From IMG/VR virus record IMGVR_UViG_2671181111_000009: 7,997 nt of DNA. One strand, written 5' to 3'. The stretch is from a virus (Duplodnaviria; Heunggongvirae; Uroviricota; Caudoviricetes). The notes beneath the pieces are model-generated. The model ran no database searches. It was not told the DNA's origin and saw only the letters and a list, made by a program, of their open reading frames with translations. Position numbers and translations under genes: made by a program. Below are positions 1 through 5,399 of the stretch, piece by piece; position 1 is the stretch's first letter, and every line of letters begins with the position of its first letter.

Positions 1-41
1 CACCTGTGTTGTTCTGAGGTGAGCATATCACCTCTGTTCAG

Positions 42-383
42 GTGGCCAAATTCAGTGTGCCACTTCATGTTCAGGCTTATGCAAACGCTGAATTTATTGC
101 TGCTTTTAATCCAAATGTTGCGCTGGCACTACTGGATGAACGGGAAAGAAACCTGCAATACATCAAAAGCCGCGATCAGGAGAACGAGGAAATTGCGCTA
201 ACGGTAGGGAAGTTGCGTGTTGAGCTGGAAGCAGCAGAGAACAACCTTATTGATAGTGAATGCCATGTTGCTGAACTGGAAGAAGCGCTACGCGATAAGC
301 AGGCGTTACTTGAAGCCTCAGAAAAGCGCATAGCAGAACTGGAGGCACAGACAGTTACCGTTAAAGAGGTTGGAGATGCTTGA
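42..383 (+). CDS. Ea22-like coiled-coil phage protein (113 aa from GTG; initiation context unclear, possibly 5'-disrupted)
   Basis: Translation contains LLDERERNLQYIKSRDQENEEIALTVGKLRVELE, matching the central segment of phage lambda Ea22 as I recall it; heptad-like coiled-coil C-terminus; no ATG anywhere in frame; in-frame TGA at 15-17. Confidence 0.45.
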   Translation: MAKFSVPLHVQAYANAEFIAAFNPNVALALLDERERNLQYIKSRDQENEEIALTVGKLRVELEAAENNLIDSECHVAELEEALRDKQALLEASEKRIAELEAQTVTVKEVGDA

Positions 384-459
384 TAGTTTTGCGCTCGTTG
401 CACTGGTTGGCATTGTAGCGTTGATTTGGGTGACATCCGGGAATCGGAGGCATAAGTGA
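376..459 (+). CDS. Small hydrophobic peptide, 27 aa (MLDSFALVALVGIVALIWVTSGNRRHK), single predicted TM helix with basic tail
   Basis: ATG at 376 preceded by AGAGG (365-369) with 6-nt spacer; ATG overlaps the upstream stop (GATGCTTGA); its TGA (457-459) overlaps the GTG start of the next ORF (GTGA). Fills the 73-bp intergenic gap exactly. Below the 60-aa cutoff of the ORF track. Confidence 0.3.
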   Translation: MLDSFALVALVGIVALIWVTSGNRRHK

Positions 460-890
460 ACGACAAAGAACTGATTAAAGAAATCAAAGAGCGTATCAGC
501 AGTTTGGATGTGCGAGACAATGTTGAACGCCGTGCTTATGAAATTGCTCTGGCATCGCTGACAGCAGAGCCGGTGGCGTGGAAGGTAACCTTCACGCAAA
601 TTGACCGTGAATATAACACGTTCACTGGTATGTATTCTGACAAAGCAGAAGTCGAACGGTGGGTGCGGCTGCATAAAGCATGTAATTTTCGGGCAGATAT
701 AACACCGCTTTATACCGCCCAGCCAGTGCCGGTAACTCCGGATGCCTGGATAAGCTGTAGTGAGCGAATGCCAGAAATGGGAGAGCGACAATGCTATGTG
801 TTAGCAGCTGACTTTAAAAACAACTACCCACCAAACATTGGCGCAGTTGTACGGAACGGATGTTGTGCGCATCCGGCAAAACCATCATGA
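456..890 (+). CDS. Phage hypothetical protein with DUF551-like C-terminal region (appears to lack the end of that domain)
   Basis: GTG start at 456 with strong SD GGAGG (446-450, 5-nt spacer); 144-aa ORF; C-terminal stretch PDAWISCSERMPEMGERQCYVLAADF resembles the start of the DUF551 family found next to Ea22-like genes in enterobacterial prophages (from memory). Confidence 0.5.
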   Translation: MNDKELIKEIKERISSLDVRDNVERRAYEIALASLTAEPVAWKVTFTQIDREYNTFTGMYSDKAEVERWVRLHKACNFRADITPLYTAQPVPVTPDAWISCSERMPEMGERQCYVLAADFKNNYPPNIGAVVRNGCCAHPAKPS

Positions 891-1545
891 AAACAAGTCG
901 CGCTTTGTTGAGGGGGTACACTTCTACAAGGTCGTTGGTGACGAGCTGCGCGCGCTAAAACACAAAGTAGCTTTAAACTACTTTGTGAAAAGTGCCCCAA
1001 ATGCACGCCACCTCATCCTCTGGACAGAGCGCGGAGCCGCCCGTCACGCGAAGATGCTCGAAACGGATCAGGCATGGGACGTGTTCGAAAAACTGGAGGA
1101 CGGCTACTTCAATCAGCGCGAAAAGGTTGCCAACCATCCTCAACCAGTACCGCAACCAGAAAGTAGCCTAGACCGTGCGCGAGCCATGGAAATAGCTTTG
1201 AACGTGGCGGATCGACTGGTGAATATGTTCCTGAATCTGTCCTCAGAATCAAAGCAGGCAGCAGTAGCTGGAGTGTTCAACCCGATTGTTGGTCGCGATG
1301 TTGTACCTCTGCCAGCTATCTCAGAGCACTACTACTCTGCTACGGAAGTCGGCCAGCGCTACGGTATTTCAGCCAACAAGGTAGGACGCATAGCCAACAC
1401 CTACATGCTCAAAACAGAAAAGTACGGGAAGTGGTTCATCGACAAATCGGCGCACAATGACAAGCAGGTTGAAACATTTCGGTACAACGAGGCTGGAGTG
1501 CACAAAATAGAGGAACTCATCGAAGGAGAGCGAAAGGCTGCATGA
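838..1545 (+). CDS. Phage antirepressor-like protein: ORF6N/Rha-like N-region plus KilAC/ANT-like HTH C-region; start codon uncertain (TTG 838 or GTG 865)
   Basis: 235-aa ORF; N-terminal LAQLYGTDVVRIRQNHHENKSRFVEGVHFYKV resembles the ORF6N domain motif (LAELYGV..LNQAVKRNIERFPEDFMFQL); C-terminal YYSATEVGQRYGISANKVGRIAN is HTH-like as in KilAC/ANT domains. No ATG and no SD near the ORF start; overlaps upstream ORF by 53 bp. Confidence 0.5.
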   Translation: MAQLYGTDVVRIRQNHHENKSRFVEGVHFYKVVGDELRALKHKVALNYFVKSAPNARHLILWTERGAARHAKMLETDQAWDVFEKLEDGYFNQREKVANHPQPVPQPESSLDRARAMEIALNVADRLVNMFLNLSSESKQAAVAGVFNPIVGRDVVPLPAISEHYYSATEVGQRYGISANKVGRIANTYMLKTEKYGKWFIDKSAHNDKQVETFRYNEAGVHKIEELIEGERKAA

Positions 1546-1559
1546 TTTTGACAAGATAG

Positions 1560-1581
1560 TTTTCCCCAAATGTGGGGAAAA
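1560..1581. other. Perfect 9-bp inverted repeat TTTTCCCCA-aatg-TGGGGAAAA (possible operator or RNA hairpin)
   Basis: Read directly: arms 1560-1568 and 1573-1581 are exact reverse complements; no downstream U-tract on either strand. Confidence 0.4.
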
Positions 1582-1623
1582 GCACGAATGGCGCGGCTTA
1601 CAGCAAGATAAGGCCTACATGAT

Positions 1624-1653
1624 TTGACAACACCGCATTAACGGGGCTATATT
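1624..1653 (+). promoter_or_regulatory. Candidate sigma70 promoter (TTGACA -35 at 1624-1629; TATATT -10 at 1648-1653; 18-bp spacer)
   Basis: Consensus -35 hexamer and 5/6 -10 hexamer in an intergenic region; predicted TSS near 1660. Confidence 0.35.
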
Positions 1654-1662
1654 CCGCTTCAT

Positions 1663-1677
1663 GGTGCTGAACACACC
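1663..1677 (+). other. Hairpin GGTG-CTGAACA-CACC (7-nt loop CTGAACA)
   Basis: Inverted repeat read directly; lies just downstream of the candidate promoter. Confidence 0.35.
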
Positions 1678-1691
1678 TTGCAAAGCGGAAA

Positions 1692-1720
1692 CCGCACCCG
1701 TCAGTCATGCGGATTTTTTA
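1692..1720 (+). terminator. Weak intrinsic-terminator-like hairpin CCGCA...TGCGG followed by ATTTTTTA
   Basis: 5-bp GC-rich stem (1692-1696 / 1708-1712) with 11-nt loop, then T-tract 1714-1719. Confidence 0.3.
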
Positions 1721-1819
1721 TGTCCATTTTTCAGATATGGTCGGGTAGCGCGTATACCGAAAAACAGCCGAAAGGTTAAGGATACGGGCCGACTTTGCAC
1801 GGTGTTCAAGTACCTGACC

Positions 1820-1838
1820 GCCCTGCTGAACACAGGGC
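1820..1838 (+). other. Hairpin GCCCTG-CTGAACA-CAGGGC (same 7-nt loop as hairpin at 1663-1677), about 30 nt upstream of the AntA-like start
   Basis: Perfect 6-bp inverted repeat with loop CTGAACA; the 10-mer GCTGAACACA is exactly repeated at 1666-1675 and 1825-1834; a third CTGAACA at 1842-1848. Confidence 0.4.
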
Positions 1839-1866
1839 TATCTGAACAAATGCAAAGGACATAAAA

Positions 1867-2490
1867 ATGACCAGTCAACTCATCCCCGTATTCAACGGCA
1901 CTATATCCAACGAAACAACTCTTCTCGTTAATGCCCGTGATTTACACGAATTTTTGGAAGTACGTCGTGACTTCTCTACATGGATTAAAAATCGCATAAC
2001 AGAATACGGCTTTGCCGTTGATGTCGATTACATTTTGGTTCACCAAAACAGGGGGATCAAAGGACGTGGAGGCGATCGCCGTAGCAAAGACTATCACCTC
2101 ACCCTCGATACAGCCAAAGAAACGGCGATGGTCGAGCGTAACGAAAAAGGCCGCCAGATACGCCGATACTTCATCGAGTGCGAAAAGAAACTTCGCAGCA
2201 TGCAACCAGCGCAGCAATTCACAGACGAAGAAATCATCCTCCTTTGCTATATGCAGGTACAGATGGAGAATGCGCAGGACATCTGCAAACGTCTGTACCC
2301 GATATTGAAGGAACTGAACTCATCATACACGAGCAAGCTGTATGACATCGCGTTTGAAACTTTTTACACGGTGACGAAAAACAGAGATGTACTGCTAAGG
2401 GAGGCGACACGACTTGACCAAGCAAGCGCCCTTTTCGAACGGGCAAAACCAATGCTGAAAAGCCTTCGGGCGAGACAATTCGAATTTTAA
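1867..2490 (+). CDS. AntA/AntB-domain antirepressor-like protein (N-terminal AntA domain about residues 1-110; C-terminal about 95 aa of unknown function)
   Basis: ATG 1867 with SD AAGGA (1855-1859, 7-nt spacer); N-terminus LIPVFNGT...LVNARDLHEFLEV..DFSTWIKNRITEYGF...DYHLTLDTAKE.AMVE...GRQIRRYFI matches the AntA-domain pattern of phage antirepressors as I recall it. Confidence 0.65.
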   Translation: MTSQLIPVFNGTISNETTLLVNARDLHEFLEVRRDFSTWIKNRITEYGFAVDVDYILVHQNRGIKGRGGDRRSKDYHLTLDTAKETAMVERNEKGRQIRRYFIECEKKLRSMQPAQQFTDEEIILLCYMQVQMENAQDICKRLYPILKELNSSYTSKLYDIAFETFYTVTKNRDVLLREATRLDQASALFERAKPMLKSLRARQFEF

Positions 2491-2495
2491 TCATC

Positions 2496-2521
2496 AAAGG
2501 AGCTTCGGCTCCTTTTTTGTT
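2496..2521 (+). terminator. Rho-independent terminator (AAAGGAGC-TTCG-GCTCCTTT stem-loop plus T6 run)
   Basis: 8-bp stem with UUCG tetraloop followed by TTTTTTGTT, 6 bp after the AntA-like stop; the A-tract upstream makes it potentially bidirectional. Confidence 0.6.
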
Positions 2522-2548
2522 GGAGAAAATAAACCAATACTCGCTCCC

Positions 2549-2590
2549 TTGCGAGTAATTGCGGAGACTTTGCGATGTACTTGACACTTC
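2549..2590 (+). promoter_or_regulatory. pI-like cII-dependent promoter (TTGC-N6-TTGC at 2549-2562; predicted TSS just inside xis)
   Basis: Direct repeat TTGC gagtaa TTGC read in sequence; geometry relative to the xis ATG (2575) matches the known lambda pI arrangement in which the transcript begins inside xis. Confidence 0.5.
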
Positions 2591-2793
2591 AGGAGTGGAA
2601 CGCACGCCAGCGACGCCCAAGGAGCCTTGAAACAGTTCGTCGATGGGTACGCGAGTGCAGGATATTCCCTCCTCCGGTTAAGGATGGAAGAGAGTATTTG
2701 TTCCACGAATCAGCGGTAAAGGTTGACTTAAATCGACCAGTAACAGGTAGCCTTTTGAAGAGGATCAGAAATGGGAAGAAGGCGAAGTCATGA
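2575..2793 (+). CDS. xis: Excisionase Xis (lambda type), 72 aa
   Basis: Translation MYLTLQEWNARQRRPRSLETVRRWVRECRIFPPPVKDGREYLFHESAVKVDLNRPVTGSLLKRIRNGKKAKS recognised as lambda Xis; SD GGAG 8 nt upstream; overlaps int by 23 bp. Confidence 0.95.
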   Translation: MYLTLQEWNARQRRPRSLETVRRWVRECRIFPPPVKDGREYLFHESAVKVDLNRPVTGSLLKRIRNGKKAKS

Positions 2794-3841
2794 GCGCCGG
2801 GATTTACCCCCTAACCTTTATATAAGAAACAATGGATATTACTGCTACAGGGACCCAAGGACGGGTAAAGAGTTTGGATTAGGCCGAGACAGGCGAATCG
2901 CAATCACTGAAGCTATACAGGCCAACATTGAGTTATTTTCAGGACACAAACACAAGCCTCTGACAGCGAGAATCAACAGTGATAATTCTGTTACGTTACA
3001 TTCATGGCTTGATCGCTACGAAAAAATCTTCGCCAGCAGAGGAATCAAGCAGAAGACACTCATAAATTACATGAGCAAAATTAAAGCAATAAGGAGGGGG
3101 CTGCCTGATGCTCCACTTGAAGACATCACCACAAAAGAAATTGCGGCAATGCTCAATGGATACATAGACGAGGGCAAGGCGGCATCAGCCAAGTTAATCA
3201 GATCAACACTGAGCGATGCATTCCGAGAGGCAATAGCTGAAGGCCATATAACAACAAACCCGGTCGCTGCCACTCGCGCAGCAAAATCAGAGGTAAGGAG
3301 ATCAAGACTTACGGCTGACGAATACCTGAAAATTTATCAAGCAGCAGAATCATCACCATGTTGGCTCAGACTTGCAATGGAACTGGCTGTTGTTACCGGG
3401 CAACGAGTTGGTGATTTATGCGAAATGAAGTGGTCTGATATCGTAGATGGATATCTTTATGTCGAGCAAAGCAAAACAGGCGTAAAAATTGCCATCCCTA
3501 CAACATTGCATGTTGATGCTCTCGGGATATCAATGAAGGAAACACTTGATAAATGCAAAGAGATTCTTGGCGGAGAAACCATAATTGCATCTACTCGTCG
3601 TGAACCGCTTTCATCCGGCACAGTATCAAGGTATTTTATGCGCGCACGAAAAGCATCAGGTCTTTCCTTCGAAGGGGATCCACCTACCTTTCACGAGTTG
3701 CGCAGTTTGTCTGCAAGACTCTATGAGAAGCAGATAAGCGATAAGTTTGCTCAACATCTTCTCGGGCACAAGTCGGACACCATGGCATCACAGTATCGTG
3801 ATGACAGAGGCAGGGAGTGGGACAAAATTGAAATCAAATAA
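2771..3841 (+). CDS. int: Tyrosine integrase Int (lambda type), 356 aa
   Basis: Translation MGRRRSHERRDLPPNLYIRNNGYYCYRDPRTGKEFGLGRDRRIAITEAIQ... through ...HLLGHKSDTMASQYRDDRGREWDKIEIK recognised as lambda Int, including the catalytic R..HxxR..Y region. Confidence 0.97.
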   Translation: MGRRRSHERRDLPPNLYIRNNGYYCYRDPRTGKEFGLGRDRRIAITEAIQANIELFSGHKHKPLTARINSDNSVTLHSWLDRYEKIFASRGIKQKTLINYMSKIKAIRRGLPDAPLEDITTKEIAAMLNGYIDEGKAASAKLIRSTLSDAFREAIAEGHITTNPVAATRAAKSEVRRSRLTADEYLKIYQAAESSPCWLRLAMELAVVTGQRVGDLCEMKWSDIVDGYLYVEQSKTGVKIAIPTTLHVDALGISMKETLDKCKEILGGETIIASTRREPLSSGTVSRYFMRARKASGLSFEGDPPTFHELRSLSARLYEKQISDKFAQHLLGHKSDTMASQYRDDRGREWDKIEIK

Positions 3842-3940
3842 TGATTTTATTTTGACTGATAATGACCTGTTCGTTGCAACAAATTGATAAGCAATGCTTT
3901 TTTATAATGCCAACTTAGTATAAAAAAGCAGGCTTCAACG
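3841..3940 (-). other. attL (B-O-P'): P' arm with arm-type Int sites, 15-bp core (3915-3929), short B arm
   Basis: Reverse complement reads ...TGAAGCCTGCTTTTTTATACTAAGTTGGCATTATAAAAAAGCATTGCTTATCAATTTGTTGCAACGAACAGGTCATTATCAGTCAAAATAAAATCATTATT, i.e. chromosomal B arm, lambda core and lambda P' arm; arm sites overlap the int stop as in lambda. Confidence 0.88.
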
Positions 3941-3975
3941 GATTCATTTTTCTATTTCATAGCCCGGAGCAACCT

Positions 3976-5259
3976 GTGAACACATTTTCAGTTTCCCGTC
4001 TGGCGCTGGCATTGGCTTTTGGCGTGACGCTGACCGCCTGTAGCTCAACACCACCCGATCAACGTCCTTCTGATCAAACTGCGCCTGGTACCTCTTCTCG
4101 CCCGATTCTGTCGGCAAAAGAAGCGCTGAATTTCGATGCGCAACACTATTTTGCATCCCTGACACCAGGTGCTGCAGCGTGGAATCCGTCCCCGATAACC
4201 CTGCCTGCGCAACCTGACTTTGTTGTCGGCCCGGCGGGTACTCAAGGTGTAACGCATACCACGATTCAGGCGGCGGTAGATGCGGCAATTATCAAGCGCA
4301 CCAACAAGCGCCAGTATATTGCCGTGATGCCTGGTGAGTATCAGGGAACGGTGTATGTCCCTGCTGCTCCAGGTGGAATCACTCTGTACGGTACAGGTGA
4401 AAAACCGATTGATGTGAAGATTGGGCTTTCCCTTGATGGGGGCATGAGCCCTGCCGACTGGCGTCACGACGTCAACCCGCGCGGCAAATATATGCCAGGT
4501 AAACCAGCGTGGTATATGTACGATAGCTGCCAGAGCAAACGCAGCGACAGTATCGGTGTTCTGTGTTCTGCGGTCTTCTGGTCACAAAACAATGGACTGC
4601 AACTGCAAAATCTGACCATCGAAAACACGCTGGGCGATAGTGTAGATGCAGGTAACCATCCGGCGGTAGCACTGCGTACTGACGGTGACCAGGTACAGAT
4701 TAACAACGTTAACATTCTCGGTCGTCAGAACACCTTCTTTGTCACCAACAGCGGTGTGCAGAACCGTCTGGAAACCAACCGTCAGCCGCGTACGCTGGTG
4801 ACCAACAGCTATATTGAAGGGGATGTGGATATCGTTTCTGGTCGCGGCGCAGTGGTGTTCGATAACACCGAATTCCGCGTGGTGAACTCACGTACCCAGC
4901 AAGAAGCATATGTGTTTGCACCGGCTACGCTGTCTAACATCTATTACGGTTTCCTCGCCGTAAACAGCCGTTTCAATGCTTCCGGTGATGGCGTGGCGCA
5001 ACTGGGCCGCTCGCTGGATGTTGATGCTAATACCAACGGTCAGGTGGTGATCCGTGATAGCGCCATCAACGAAGGTTTTAACACGGCTAAACCGTGGGCC
5101 GATGCGGTGATCTCTAATCGTCCGTTTGCGGGTAATACCGGCAGCGTAGATGATAACGACGAAATACAGCGCAATCTGAATGACACTAACTACAACCGCA
5201 TGTGGGAATACAATAACCGCGGCGTGGGCAGCAAAGTGGTTGCAGAGGCGAAGAAGTAA
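3976..5259 (+). CDS. ybhC: Pectinesterase-like outer-membrane lipoprotein / putative acyl-CoA thioesterase YbhC, 427 aa
   Basis: GTG start with SD GGAGC; signal peptide with lipobox LTAC; translation recognised as E. coli YbhC; position next to att-lambda agrees with K-12 synteny. Confidence 0.92.
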   Translation: MNTFSVSRLALALAFGVTLTACSSTPPDQRPSDQTAPGTSSRPILSAKEALNFDAQHYFASLTPGAAAWNPSPITLPAQPDFVVGPAGTQGVTHTTIQAAVDAAIIKRTNKRQYIAVMPGEYQGTVYVPAAPGGITLYGTGEKPIDVKIGLSLDGGMSPADWRHDVNPRGKYMPGKPAWYMYDSCQSKRSDSIGVLCSAVFWSQNNGLQLQNLTIENTLGDSVDAGNHPAVALRTDGDQVQINNVNILGRQNTFFVTNSGVQNRLETNRQPRTLVTNSYIEGDVDIVSGRGAVVFDNTEFRVVNSRTQQEAYVFAPATLSNIYYGFLAVNSRFNASGDGVAQLGRSLDVDANTNGQVVIRDSAINEGFNTAKPWADAVISNRPFAGNTGSVDDNDEIQRNLNDTNYNRMWEYNNRGVGSKVVAEAKK

Positions 5260-5275
5260 GAGCTATTAACTATTT

Positions 5276-5385
<110 letters not shown>

Positions 5386-5399
5386 TCACATGGCGCTTT

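Larger units (their letters stand above)
1..3929 (+). mobile_element. Left (int-proximal) end of a lambda-like prophage, partial; continues beyond window start; ends at attL core
   Basis: Lambda-type xis and int immediately followed by P'-arm/core sequence and then chromosomal ybhC; all phage ORFs co-oriented as expected for pL-directed early-left transcription. Confidence 0.88.

Noticed and set aside
19-201. 60-aa ORF starting at GTG 19 as the true Ea22-like start
   Set aside because: Its translation (MSISPLFRWPNSVCHF...) is low-complexity and unlike Ea22; the conserved Ea22-like segment is in a different frame. It is noted only as evidence for a possible 5' frameshift.
1560-1581. 9-bp perfect palindrome as a rho-independent terminator for the upstream antirepressor-like gene
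   Set aside because: The stem is flanked by T4 upstream and A4 downstream on both strands, so neither transcript would carry a 3' U-tract. It was kept as a possible operator or RNA structure instead.
1820-1838. boxB/nut-like antitermination site (GCCC...GGGC stem similar to lambda boxB)
   Set aside because: No boxA-like CGCTCTT element nearby, the loop is 7 nt rather than the boxB pentaloop, and the location (between accessory genes near xis, far from pL/pR) is wrong for a nut site.
1661-1864. 67-aa ORF spanning most of the structured intergenic region
   Set aside because: Its ATG lies immediately after the candidate -10 with no room for an SD, it reads through the terminator-like hairpin, and its composition (Arg/Lys/Cys-rich, no obvious domain) looks non-coding. 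More likely this is open frame over a regulatory RNA region. A leaderless small protein cannot be excluded.
2012-2308. ORFs overlapping or antisense to int, ybhC, ybhJ and the AntA-like gene (for example 2012-2308, 3067-3273, 4045-4467, 6447-6707)
   Set aside because: They lie inside or antisense to well-supported genes, lack ribosome-binding sites and have biased, repetitive translations typical of out-of-frame reading.
2581-2586. Consensus TTGACA hexamer inside xis as the pI -35 element
   Set aside because: The geometry is wrong: the cII-box repeats TTGC-N6-TTGC at 2549-2562 mark the real -35 region, and TTGACA lies at or beyond the predicted transcription start. It is probably a coincidental match within coding sequence.
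3841-3975. sib/tI retroregulatory hairpin downstream of int
   Set aside because: In the integrated state the P-arm region carrying sib is at the other prophage end (attR); the sequence after the core here is chromosomal and leads into the ybhC promoter region.
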